Assembly: GCA_049965815.1 (NCBI GenBank)
Contig: JBMFVV010000002.1
Span: forward strand, 46,004-110,003
Reading direction: 5' to 3'
Source: Thermoplasmata archaeon
Lineage (GTDB): Archaea; Thermoplasmatota; Thermoplasmata; Thermoplasmatales; GCA-001856825
Length of the DNA stretch: 64,000 bases
Part shown: in pieces, positions 39,219 to 47,983 of the stretch
How the letters are laid out: the number at the start of each line of letters is the position of its first letter
Numbering within the stretch: position 1 is the first letter of the stretch
The notes under the pieces: generated by a model
The model's database searches: none
What the model was told of the DNA's origin: nothing
What the model saw: the letters and a program-made list of their open reading frames with translations, nothing else
Program-made: the position numbers and the translations under genes

Positions 39219-40132
39219 AGCGAGATATCATATCCGTTCTAGACATGAAGAACGATTTCGAAAAATTTGTAGATGAAGGTTTAAAGCTGAAAAAAAGCTT
39301 CAAATCAGGCAAGAAAGATTCATCAATGGACAGAAGAACACTTGCCATGATATTTGAAAAGGCATCCACTAGGACTAGAGTCAGTTTTGAAACTGCAATG
39401 ACCCAGCTTGGTGGGCATGCAATTTACCTTTCTCCAAGGGATATGCAGATGGGCCGTGGAGAGACTATTGCGGATACAGCCAGGGTACTTTCTGGAATGG
39501 TGGATGCAATACTCTACAGAGCATTTGAACACGAGAATGTTGTGGAACTGGCCAACAATTCGTCTGTTTCCGTGATAAACGGATTAGACAACCTGGAACA
39601 CCCAACACAGATAGTTGCAGATTATATGACGATAAAAGAAATCAAAGGCGGATTTAGGGGATTGAAGATTGCCTATGTCGGTGACGGCAATAATACTGCC
39701 AATTCTCTCATGCTCGCAGCTGGACTAGTGGGAGCAGACTTCTGGATTGCAACACCCGAAGGTTATGAGCCTCCAGAGAAGTTTGTCAAGGATGCAAAGA
39801 GTCTGGCAAGGAAACACAAGTCTGAGATCGAGGTTACCAACAACTACAAGGAAGCAGTAGCGGCTGCAGATGTCGTTTACACAGACGTATGGGTATCCAT
39901 GGGCGAGGAGGAAGAAAAAGAGAAGAAGGAAAAGAAATTCAAGAGCTTCCAGGTAAATGAGAAGATGGTCTCCCTCGCCAAGGATGATTACATATTCATG
40001 CACTGCCTCCCAGCCCATAGGGGCCTGGAGGTTACAAATGGAATTGCGGATTCAAAGAATAGCGTCATATTCCAGGAAGCAGAAAATAGGCTCCACGCTG
40101 AAAAAATCATACTGAAAAAGGTAATCAAGTGA
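39215..40132 (+). CDS. argF: Ornithine carbamoyltransferase
   Basis: 305 aa with motifs STRTRVSFE, DVWVSMGEE and HCLPAHRG. Its ATGA overlaps the sucD stop. Confidence 0.9.
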   Translation: MKRDIISVLDMKNDFEKFVDEGLKLKKSFKSGKKDSSMDRRTLAMIFEKASTRTRVSFETAMTQLGGHAIYLSPRDMQMGRGETIADTARVLSGMVDAILYRAFEHENVVELANNSSVSVINGLDNLEHPTQIVADYMTIKEIKGGFRGLKIAYVGDGNNTANSLMLAAGLVGADFWIATPEGYEPPEKFVKDAKSLARKHKSEIEVTNNYKEAVAAADVVYTDVWVSMGEEEEKEKKEKKFKSFQVNEKMVSLAKDDYIFMHCLPAHRGLEVTNGIADSKNSVIFQEAENRLHAEKIILKKVIK

Positions 40133-40202
40133 AAATAATAAGAAAAAGGACATTAGAAAATTGTTCCACAACCTATTTAAAGCATGATCAAATAGAAATG
40201 CA

Positions 40203-40475
40203 ATGAATAGCGGAATCTACCAGAAATTGAAGAGAGAAGGGGATTACGTCCCAAGATTCCTGATTAAACTATGGCAAATAAGGATCAAGGAGAAGTTTGG
40301 CCTCGAAGTTGACAGTGACATTGCAGAGGTCATTGTGAAAATAGTCCACGAAAGGAGCACGTGGAAGTTATCTCGTGCAGAGAGATATATAACTGCGCTC
40401 TTAAAGCTGAAAGGGGAGTCAAAGGAAGAAGCGGAAAAAGATGCAAGGGACCTTGTGAGAACTGTTCTTGAGTAA
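40203..40475 (+). CDS. Hypothetical small protein (90 aa)
   Basis: Isolated ORF with coding-like, charged helical composition. I recognise no family. Confidence 0.4.
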   Translation: MNSGIYQKLKREGDYVPRFLIKLWQIRIKEKFGLEVDSDIAEVIVKIVHERSTWKLSRAERYITALLKLKGESKEEAEKDARDLVRTVLE

Positions 40476-40635
40476 TGTTCTTCGAACTTAAAATTCTTCA
40501 GGAGAATGAGCGCCTGATGTCAATTAAGCACCTTGATCCAACTTTGCTAAAATTACCACTAATAATATTAGCAAATTTCTGATACAGATTGTGATCGCAT
40601 CAGTACTGCAACTGACTTAAGGATGTAAAGGTCAT

Positions 40636-41232
40636 ATGAAACAAATATCTTTGGAGATAGAACTATCAAAGTTGAAGAGAATGGCTATTAGGGATTCTAG
40701 ACTGGAACAGTATCCCACGCCACCCGACATTGCAGCGACAATGCTTTATAGGGCACTAGGTGACGGCTGCCTGAGAGATAAGATAGTTGCAGACCTGGGA
40801 TGCGGAAATGGCATATTTGCAATAGGGGCACTGATGCTAGGGGCTAGGAAAGCGTACGGAATTGATAGCGACGAGGACGCCATAATAGTTGCCAGGGAAA
40901 ATTCAGAACAGTTTGGAGACAGGATAATCCTTACTACGGAAGATGTAGCTGAATTCAACGTTCCAGTTGATACAATACTGATGAATCCCCCTTTTGGAAG
41001 TCAGAAAAGGAATGCCGATATACCGTTCATAGAGAAAGCTCTAGAATATTCTAAAGATTTTTATATCGTGCTTAATTACAAAGCTGGCGATTTCTTGGAA
41101 AATGTTATAGAAGGAAAAGGGGAAATTCTCTGGGAAGAAGATATGGAGATTCCCGTTGCGCATTCCTATGAATTTCACAGGAAGGAGATCAAAATGATCA
41201 AGGCTAAAATGTCGAGAGTGAGAGTATGGTAG
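40636..41232 (+). CDS. SAM-dependent N6-adenine-type methyltransferase (predicted RNA methylase, METTL5/COG2263-like)
   Basis: 198 aa with SAM motif I DLGCGNGIFAIGA and motif IV NPPFG. It overlaps csl4. Confidence 0.75.
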   Translation: MKQISLEIELSKLKRMAIRDSRLEQYPTPPDIAATMLYRALGDGCLRDKIVADLGCGNGIFAIGALMLGARKAYGIDSDEDAIIVARENSEQFGDRIILTTEDVAEFNVPVDTILMNPPFGSQKRNADIPFIEKALEYSKDFYIVLNYKAGDFLENVIEGKGEILWEEDMEIPVAHSYEFHRKEIKMIKAKMSRVRVW

Positions 41233-41795
41233 GTAGATTAGTAGTACCAGGGGAGTATTTAGGGACGGAAGAGGAATTTCTTGCTGGCAGTGGAACTTAT
41301 GAAGATGACGGGAGAGTTTATTCGTCCAATGTGGGCAATGTCGAGGTTAGTTCTGACTTCAAAGTGAGGGTAAAGGGGAGGAAGGAGGAGATCATAGTTC
41401 AGCCTGGTGACGAAATCATAGGCGTGGTAACAGAAATTAACGAACCTCTGGTAGTCGTTGCGGGCGAGTATCTCATCAGGTCAGGAAAGGCGTATGAGGT
41501 TAAGGTTAGAGCTCTTGTACACGCAAGTAGGATAACTGGGCATTATTTGGATCAATGTTCAAAAGTTGTAAAGGCAAGGGATGTAGTGAGAGGGAAGGTT
41601 GTTTCGACACGAGGTAAGATAGATCTTACAATGGAACCTCCAGACGAAGGCGTCGTCTATGCGTACTGCTCGAAATGCAGGAAACCTCTGCAAAGGATTA
41701 ATAGTGGTCTCTATTGTACTTACTGTCAGCGAAACGAAGTCAGAAAAGTTTCGAGGAAATATGGGGAAATCTCCGAAGGGGTGAAGAAAAAATGA
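41226..41795 (+). CDS. csl4: Exosome complex RNA-binding subunit Csl4
   Basis: 189 aa with the N-terminus VVPGEYLGTEEEFLAGSGTYEDDGRVYSS, an S1-like middle region, and a C-terminal Zn ribbon CSKCRKPL..CTYCQ. Confidence 0.8.
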   Translation: MVGRLVVPGEYLGTEEEFLAGSGTYEDDGRVYSSNVGNVEVSSDFKVRVKGRKEEIIVQPGDEIIGVVTEINEPLVVVAGEYLIRSGKAYEVKVRALVHASRITGHYLDQCSKVVKARDVVRGKVVSTRGKIDLTMEPPDEGVVYAYCSKCRKPLQRINSGLYCTYCQRNEVRKVSRKYGEISEGVKKK

Positions 41796-41953
41796 AACCA
41801 GAAGCTGGTGAAAACAAGATCAATGTTGAGAAACTGGATGTGGAAGTAAAACATTTGAGAAAGGAAGTTGAGAACATGAAGGTAATTTTGAGGGGACTTC
41901 TCCAAGTAGTGATGGAGAATGAGGAAGAAGACGATTACTACGAATATACATAG
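41792..41953 (+). CDS. Small coiled-coil protein with an acidic tail (53 aa), translationally coupled to csl4
   Basis: The ATG at 41792 overlaps the csl4 TGA (ATGA). The sequence is MKPEAGENKINVEKLDVEVKHLRKEVENMKVILRGLLQVVMENEEEDDYYEYT. The longer track form (41714) lies inside csl4. Confidence 0.35.
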   Translation: MKPEAGENKINVEKLDVEVKHLRKEVENMKVILRGLLQVVMENEEEDDYYEYT

Positions 41954-41962
41954 GTGAGATAG

Positions 41963-42178
41963 ATGGCAGTTCCGATGGCAGTCATGCAGAGTTTGATGCA
42001 AAAACCCATATCCCTTCTTCTAAAGGACAACACTGTTCTTGAAGGGATCCTTGAAAGCTACGATGATTACATGAATATTGTGATTACTAACACCGAGGAG
42101 ATTACAGAAACAAACAAGAGGAAACTGGGGACTGTAATTCTTAGAGGAAGCAACGTAGTTAGGATATCACAGAAGTGA
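41963..42178 (+). CDS. Sm-like (LSm/SmAP) archaeal protein
   Basis: 71 aa with Sm1/Sm2 pattern LLKDNTVLEGILESYDDYMNIVITNTEE..GTVILRGSNVVRI. Confidence 0.85.
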   Translation: MAVPMAVMQSLMQKPISLLLKDNTVLEGILESYDDYMNIVITNTEEITETNKRKLGTVILRGSNVVRISQK

Positions 42179-42277
42179 ATCCTTACTCAGCCTCACCGGA
42201 ATTCTCCCCCGTGAAAATATGTTTCTAACATCATAGAATTTTTAAATGCAGAAGAAGTTACTCAATTAAGGAATAGG

Positions 42278-43855
42278 ATGCTTGTTCTAGGGATTGAAAG
42301 TACGGCCCACACAGCTTCAGTCGGGCTTGTGGAAGATGGAGAAATAAAAGGCGTAAGATCAGATTCCTACAGGCCATTGACAGGGGGTATCAACCCTAGA
42401 GATGCAGCAGAGCATCACAGGAGTGTGTTCCCAGATTTATTGTCGTCATTACTCAATGAAGAAAATATAGAAGTAGTGGATCTAGACAAGATAGCCATAA
42501 GTATTGGACCGGGGCTTGGGCCATCACTGAAGGTAGGTGTTGAGCTGGCCCGCTATCTCTCTGTGAGATATTCAAAGGATCTTGTCCCTGTGAACCACGG
42601 GGTTGGTCACCTGGAAATTGCAAGAAAGATGTCGGGGTTTGAAAATCCGCTCTTCCTCTACGTATCTGGAGGCAACACACAACTGGTATCCATAGGTGAA
42701 TACAGATATTCCGTACTTGGGGAAACACTGGACATAGGTGTAGGTAATTTTCTTGACAAAATCGCAAGGGACCTTGAAATCCCTTTCCCAGGCGCACCTG
42801 TACTGGAGAACTTGGCCAAGGGCGGTGAAAAAGTCCTGGATTGCCCATATACTGTGAGGGGAATGGATGTCTCATATTCTGGCCTATACACATCCCTGAA
42901 AAAAAGGATCAGAACCGAGCGACGTGAGGATATTGCATTTAACGCACAGGAGTATGCATTTACGGCTCTAGCTGAAATAGTTGAAAGGGGAATGGCCCAC
43001 TTTGGTTTGACCGAGTTTAGCATAACTGGGGGAGTGGCAAGGAATCGAAGATTGAGAGAGCTCCTTTCTGGAATGGCAAAGATGCGTGGGTATCGTTATT
43101 ACTTCCCTGATGACACATATCTGTCGGACAATGGGGCTATGATCGCACTTGCAGGATACATGAGCAACCTGAAGGCAGATGAAAATATACGGCTGGAGCA
43201 GACAGATAGAGTCGACTCCAGGGAGAGCAGGTGGATAGGAAGGAGAAAGTTGAATCCGAGGGCAATGGTCGGTGGTGAAAGCGTGATAGAAAGGTCTACG
43301 TTTGAAGGCATAGATTGCGTAGTAAAAAGAAGGAGGGGAAGGGAATACAGAAATCCAGAAATTAATCTAAACATCAATAACTCCAGAATCAAACGAGAAA
43401 TCAGGATTCTCCACGCCCTTGATGCAATATCACTGAAAACACCGGAGGTACTTTTTGTAGACATGCAGGATTCTGCAATTTACTTAAAGATGCTTCCAGG
43501 TCGGGTAATTAGCCAGATGATATCAGAACCCAATTTCGATGAAGTCATAGAGCTGGCTGGAGAGAAAATTGCCCAAATGCACAACAGAGGGATCAGCCAC
43601 GGTGATCTGAATTTAGGGAACATTATGTTCAATGCTTCCAGTGGTGAAATGTCCTTCATAGATCCGTCAATGGGTGATCAGAATGCTGAAATAGAGCAGT
43701 TGGGAGTTGATGTCCATTTGATGAAGGAGTCACTGAAATCTCTTGGAAAGGATAAATCGTTCAAATATTTCCTGGAGGGGTATTCGAAATGCGCTAGGTT
43801 TGACGAAGTAATGAAGAAAGTGATTGAGATAGAGTACAGGAGGAGATACACTTGA
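42278..43855 (+). CDS. kae1: Bifunctional Kae1-Bud32 (tRNA t6A threonylcarbamoyltransferase fused to a small atypical kinase)
   Basis: 525 aa. The N-terminal Kae1 part has LGIESTAHTASVGLV, a metal-site segment VNHGVGHLE and TGGVARNRRL. The C-terminal Bud32 part has HGDLNLGNIMF. Confidence 0.9.
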   Translation: MLVLGIESTAHTASVGLVEDGEIKGVRSDSYRPLTGGINPRDAAEHHRSVFPDLLSSLLNEENIEVVDLDKIAISIGPGLGPSLKVGVELARYLSVRYSKDLVPVNHGVGHLEIARKMSGFENPLFLYVSGGNTQLVSIGEYRYSVLGETLDIGVGNFLDKIARDLEIPFPGAPVLENLAKGGEKVLDCPYTVRGMDVSYSGLYTSLKKRIRTERREDIAFNAQEYAFTALAEIVERGMAHFGLTEFSITGGVARNRRLRELLSGMAKMRGYRYYFPDDTYLSDNGAMIALAGYMSNLKADENIRLEQTDRVDSRESRWIGRRKLNPRAMVGGESVIERSTFEGIDCVVKRRRGREYRNPEINLNINNSRIKREIRILHALDAISLKTPEVLFVDMQDSAIYLKMLPGRVISQMISEPNFDEVIELAGEKIAQMHNRGISHGDLNLGNIMFNASSGEMSFIDPSMGDQNAEIEQLGVDVHLMKESLKSLGKDKSFKYFLEGYSKCARFDEVMKKVIEIEYRRRYT

Positions 43856-44397
43856 TAATAGTCACCTCTAATCGAGGTAAATATAAAGAATACAAGGATA
43901 TGTTCGGTCAAATTGTGAAGTTAGAGCTTATGCTCATGAAATATCCAGAGGAGCAACTTGAAACAATAGAGAAGGTTGCAGAAAGGTCTGTTTACTATCT
44001 GTCTGGCATTATCCAAACCGATTTCTTCATAGATGATTCAGGACTCTTCATAGATGAGCTTGGCGGTTTCCCAGGGGTATATTCCTCCTATGTGAACAAA
44101 ACACTGGGGAACAAAGGGATACTCAAACTGATGGAAGGCAAGAGAGAAAGGAGTGCAGAATTTAGGACCTGCATTGCTTATTATGATGGCAAACTCAGCA
44201 TTTTCACTGGAGCCGTCAAAGGAATAATTTCCAAATCTGCAAGGGGAAGCAACGGGTTCGGATTTGACCCGATATTCATCCCAGATGGATACGATAAAAC
44301 TTATGCGGAAATGACCCTCAAGGAGAAGGATTCCATATCACATAGGTTTAAAGCGGGAGAGGCCTTTTTAAAGTTTCTTACGAAAAAGGCCATATAG
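43852..44397 (+). CDS. Non-canonical purine NTP pyrophosphatase (HAM1/RdgB family)
   Basis: 181 aa. The TTG start (TTGA overlap with the kae1-bud32 stop) gives IIVTSNRGKYKEY, matching the family N-terminus. Further motifs are DDSGLFIDELGGFPGVYSS and GFGFDPIF. Confidence 0.9.
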   Translation: MIIVTSNRGKYKEYKDMFGQIVKLELMLMKYPEEQLETIEKVAERSVYYLSGIIQTDFFIDDSGLFIDELGGFPGVYSSYVNKTLGNKGILKLMEGKRERSAEFRTCIAYYDGKLSIFTGAVKGIISKSARGSNGFGFDPIFIPDGYDKTYAEMTLKEKDSISHRFKAGEAFLKFLTKKAI

Positions 44398-44417
44398 ACC
44401 TTTAAAATTCCATACGG

Positions 44418-44795
44418 ATGGAACGGGGATTTTACAAGGAATTTAAGATTCCGATATCACTGGTTATGTTGGCTGTGACACTCTTCTCATTCATATTAGT
44501 TGTAATTTATTTCTTCAGCCTGGGCATTCTGCCGATAAATTTTCAATCTTTCCTGACAGCTCTTGGAGGATGGACCTATTACATCTTCCTTCTTTCCCTC
44601 GTGGGAACAGTTTATTTTGCATATCTGCTTGCGTCCACTGTCTCCCAGAGGAGAAAATTCGAAGAACTGATATTTACTGACAGCAAGGCTACTTTTGTAA
44701 AGAATGCCAAGGACCTGGACATGATTTCGAGGAAACTTGGTCCATCCTTCAGAAAGAGGTTCGAAGAGAAAAAGGAACAGTTAAGGGTAAGGTGA
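44418..44795 (+). CDS. Hypothetical membrane protein (125 aa, 2 TM)
   Basis: Two hydrophobic helices are followed by a charged C-terminal helix. Confidence 0.45.
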   Translation: MERGFYKEFKIPISLVMLAVTLFSFILVVIYFFSLGILPINFQSFLTALGGWTYYIFLLSLVGTVYFAYLLASTVSQRRKFEELIFTDSKATFVKNAKDLDMISRKLGPSFRKRFEEKKEQLRVR

Positions 44796-44833
44796 ATACT
44801 CAATCTACTTTTTCTTTGTTAGATTTATTCATT

Positions 44834-45640
44834 CTACAATATTTTTTTGACAAATTCCGGGAGATTAAAGCATGACTGATAGATTCCATCGTTCATATAT
44901 CTGCCAGTGAAATCCCTGTGCTTTTCTATGGTTCCATTAGACGCCATTATGTAAGACCACATTCCAGATGGATAAGATGGCACAAATGACAAATATGGTT
45001 TTACCGTCTTAAATTGGTTACTTAGGCCGCGGAACGCCTTCTTTATAAATTCCGGATTCATGAACGGTGAACCGCTTTGGGTAGCAATTATACCTCCTTT
45101 GTTGAGTATTTCCTTGGCTTTCATATAAAATACGTCGGAAAAGAGGGAAGCTGCAAATCCAATCGGGTCCGTTGAATCAACCAATATGACATCATAGCTC
45201 TTTTCAGAATCTACAAATTCAAAAGCATCCATGTTGTAGACCTTAAGTCTGCTATCGGCGAAAGAGGCCGCTATACTCGGTAAATAAGTTTTGGCAGCAG
45301 TTATGACTTCCTCGTCTATTTCAACTAAATCCACAGTTCTAACGGGATACCGAAGGACTTCCCTTGCCACGCCACCATCACCGCCTCCGATAATTAAAAC
45401 ATCTTTTGGATCAGGGTGGGCCACCATTGCAGGGTGGGAAAGCATCTCTTGATACATGAATTCATCCCTTTCCGTAATCATGAAGCATCCATCCAAGATC
45501 ATCACCCTCCCAAAGAATTCTGTATCAAAGATATCTATCTTCTGATACTTTGATTCTTTTGAGAATAGGTGGGATTTGACCCGAACACCAAACCTCACGT
45601 CCTCGTTCTGATTTTCTGAGAACCAGAAGTCTACTTTCAT
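44834..45640 (-). CDS. speE: Spermidine synthase (aminopropyltransferase)
   Basis: Motifs YQKIDIFDT, DEFMYQEML, VLIIGGGDGGVAREV and VDSTDP. I chose M68 of the track ORF (ATG at 45640, MKVDFWF..). The upstream 67 aa look non-coding and would collide with the gdhA start. Confidence 0.85.
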   Translation of the reverse strand: MKVDFWFSENQNEDVRFGVRVKSHLFSKESKYQKIDIFDTEFFGRVMILDGCFMITERDEFMYQEMLSHPAMVAHPDPKDVLIIGGGDGGVAREVLRYPVRTVDLVEIDEEVITAAKTYLPSIAASFADSRLKVYNMDAFEFVDSEKSYDVILVDSTDPIGFAASLFSDVFYMKAKEILNKGGIIATQSGSPFMNPEFIKKAFRGLSNQFKTVKPYLSFVPSYPSGMWSYIMASNGTIEKHRDFTGRYMNDGIYQSCFNLPEFVKKIL

Positions 45641-45772
45641 GCTTCGCAATAATGAAGCATAAAATAACCTTTGTGAATGAATCTGTTTTTTAATGCGGTT
45701 AAGATTTAATACGATTGACTGACAACCTTTATGAATTAAAATGCGATATCGGAGTGCATTACAGGTGAAACG

Positions 45773-47050
45773 ATGATGCAACAACCTAAGAGTGATAAAA
45801 AACAAGAAGAACTCGACCCATTTAAAATTGCACAAAAGCAATTAGACGAAGCTGCAGCAATAATGAAATTGGACCCACAGGCTCACGCTATTTTGAAGGA
45901 GCCTATGAGCATGGTCCAGGTTCAGATACCGGTGAAGATGGACAACGGATCTACGAAAGTTTTCACTGGATTCAGGGTTCACTACAACTATGCAAGAGGA
46001 CCTACAAAGGGAGGAATCAGGTTCCACCCACAGGAGAGCCTTTCGACAGTCAAAGCCCTAGCAGCGTGGATGACCTGGAAGACATCTCTGGCAGACATTC
46101 CCTATGGTGGAGCAAAGGGCGGAATTATCTGCGATCCTAAGACACTAAGCCAAGGAGAGCTTGAGAGGCTTTCAAGGGGATACGTTAGGGCAATCGGAGA
46201 GTATATTGGACCAGACATCGATATACCAGCCCCTGATGTGTACACAACACCTCAGATAATGGCATGGATGATGGACGAGTACTCCGCCATGGAAGGATAC
46301 AACGTACCTGGCGTTATCACAGGAAAACCACTTGAAATAGGTGGTTCCCTCGGAAGAGGAGATGCAACAGCCAAAGGAGGAATGTTCATATTAAGGGAAG
46401 CGGCCAAATATCTGCACATTGATCTAGCAAAGGCAACAGTTGCAATTCAAGGATTCGGAAATGCCGGCGAATTTGCCCACAAACTCGTAACTGAAATGTT
46501 CCATTCAAAGGTGGTAGCAGTTTCAGATAGCAAGGGAGGAATATACAACGCAGATGGATTGGACTTTGAAGAAGTCAAAGCCCACAAAGTGAAGACTGGA
46601 AGCGTTGTTGGATTCAAAGGGGCAAAAGAAATCTCAAATGCAGAACTTCTAGAACTCAAAGTTGATGTACTGATCCCATCTGCTCTCGAGAACCAGATAA
46701 CCGGCAAGAACGCTGCAAACGTGAAGGCAAAGATCCTGCTAGAACTAGCAAATGGACCGACGACTCCGGAAGCAGATGAGATTCTTGCAAAGAATAAAGT
46801 CTTCGACATACCAGATTTCCTAGCAAACTCCGGTGGAGTTATAGTATCCTACTTTGAGTGGGTTCAGAACATTAACGGATTCTACTGGGACATCGACGAT
46901 GTCTATGGGAAACTCGACAAGAAGGTATCGAAGAGTTTCTGGGACACAACTGAAACAATGACCAAGTACAACACAACCCCCAGAATGGCAGCTTATATCC
47001 TGGCGGTTGATAGAATAGCAAAAGCGATGAAGGTCCGCGGCTGGTACTGA
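45773..47050 (+). CDS. gdhA: Glutamate dehydrogenase
   Basis: 425 aa with motifs [19 protein letters not shown] and GFGNAG (Rossmann). Confidence 0.95.
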   Translation: MMQQPKSDKKQEELDPFKIAQKQLDEAAAIMKLDPQAHAILKEPMSMVQVQIPVKMDNGSTKVFTGFRVHYNYARGPTKGGIRFHPQESLSTVKALAAWMTWKTSLADIPYGGAKGGIICDPKTLSQGELERLSRGYVRAIGEYIGPDIDIPAPDVYTTPQIMAWMMDEYSAMEGYNVPGVITGKPLEIGGSLGRGDATAKGGMFILREAAKYLHIDLAKATVAIQGFGNAGEFAHKLVTEMFHSKVVAVSDSKGGIYNADGLDFEEVKAHKVKTGSVVGFKGAKEISNAELLELKVDVLIPSALENQITGKNAANVKAKILLELANGPTTPEADEILAKNKVFDIPDFLANSGGVIVSYFEWVQNINGFYWDIDDVYGKLDKKVSKSFWDTTETMTKYNTTPRMAAYILAVDRIAKAMKVRGWY

Positions 47051-47067
47051 GTCCACAACAATTTACT

Positions 47068-47105
47068 CCTTTTATTTTTATTCCCTTTTTATTCCTTAGT
47101 TTTTG
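47068..47105 (+). terminator. Series of oligo-T tracts after gdhA
   Basis: The sequence is cctttt attttt attccctttttattccttagttttt, starting about 20 nt after the stop. Confidence 0.35.
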
Positions 47106-47262
47106 GCATTTACTTTCTGATATTCTGGTTAAGGTTGCGTGAGTGTTTTTTGCTATCTTAAAGTTTAGTTTTATTGTTCATTCTTTATATTATAATATGA
47201 CTTATTGTGCCCCCTGTTTTTGACTGTATAAAATCTAGTTTCTTGATTGAGCAATGAAATCA

Positions 47263-47287
47263 TTTTTTCAATTTTTTCAATTTTCAA
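47263..47287. repeat. Tandem T-tract repeat TTTTTTCAA TTTTTTCAA TTTTCAA
   Basis: Read directly. The 9-nt phasing lies about 45 nt upstream of the ATG at 47331. Confidence 0.6.
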
Positions 47288-47330
47288 TTAGCTGTATAAG
47301 ATTAAAATACGACCGTACTGATTTTTACCT

Positions 47331-47801
47331 ATGTTCAGGGCCAATATGAGACATTCATATCTCATGGAAATGGAGGAATTCAATTCTATCCTCCTAGAAG
47401 ATTTTGTCAATAGTTATGGGAAGACATTGCTACTTCTTGGAGATGGGGCGTTTGTTGATGCTCATTATTTGAAGAGGAAAATGGGTGACCAGCTGTACAT
47501 ACAGAGAATTCTCAACATATATCAGTTCCAAAAAACAATAGTTGAGGATTTTTACTATGATGACTTTGCAATTTTCGTTGTAGTCAGACTCTCTGAACTG
47601 AAAGACTGGAAAGAGGATGTTTTGCTCAACATATCAAACGCCTTGGAAGGTATCTCGCGTAGAACAGGGACGCCAAACGTAGTCTATTTGGTGGAAGATG
47701 AAGAGTTTAGACCACCGTGGTTGGGCAATGTATTCCATAGGAAGATACTAGAGGTGGTCAAGAAATGGGAAGAAACACCCCTAGCCTTAGAATGGAAATA
47801 G
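47331..47801 (+). CDS. Hypothetical protein (156 aa), first gene of the PolB2-like operon
   Basis: ORF with no competing frame. Its 3' end overlaps the next ORF. I recognise no family. Confidence 0.45.
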   Translation: MFRANMRHSYLMEMEEFNSILLEDFVNSYGKTLLLLGDGAFVDAHYLKRKMGDQLYIQRILNIYQFQKTIVEDFYYDDFAIFVVVRLSELKDWKEDVLLNISNALEGISRRTGTPNVVYLVEDEEFRPPWLGNVFHRKILEVVKKWEETPLALEWK

Positions 47802-47983
47802 AAAGTATAATTGAAGAGATAAGAAAAGCAGAGAAATTGATGAATAGTGGAGACAAAGAAATAACAGAAGATTTCATCAAGAAAATAAAACTTCACATTC
47901 CAGAAGGTTCCATAACCAATCTAGATCCATATTTCGTTTTTCTTCTATTTGTGTTATTAGAGCTGAGAAAAGAAATCAAATGA
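47792..47983 (+). CDS. Hypothetical small protein (about 63 aa)
   Basis: The ATG at 47792 overlaps the upstream stop by 10 nt, and its stop overlaps the polymerase ATG (ATGA at 47980-47983). The sequence begins MEIESIIEEIRKAEKLMNSGDKE and ends in a hydrophobic segment. Confidence 0.35.
   Translation: MEIESIIEEIRKAEKLMNSGDKEITEDFIKKIKLHIPEGSITNLDPYFVFLLFVLLELRKEIK

Noticed and set aside
40515-40582. Possible C/D-box sRNA (UGAUGU at 40515-40520 and CUGA at 40579-40582) in the 160-bp spacer before the methyltransferase gene
   Set aside because: The C box is imperfect, there are no convincing internal D'/C' boxes, and the flanks form no terminal stem. The match is compatible with chance in AT-rich DNA.
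41714-41791. 79-aa form of the small ORF after csl4
   Set aside because: The first 26 codons lie inside csl4 in another frame. The internal ATG that overlaps the csl4 stop is the more parsimonious start.
45641-45841. Long form of speE (335 aa) starting at 45841
   Set aside because: The extra 67 residues ([15 protein letters not shown]..) look non-coding and would overlap the gdhA start region. The conserved spermidine-synthase N-terminus begins at M68 (45640).
47051-47330. Replication origin next to the polymerase-like gene
   Set aside because: I found no ORB/mini-ORB-like repeats, and no orc1/cdc6 gene is in the vicinity. AT-richness and T-tract repeats alone are insufficient.
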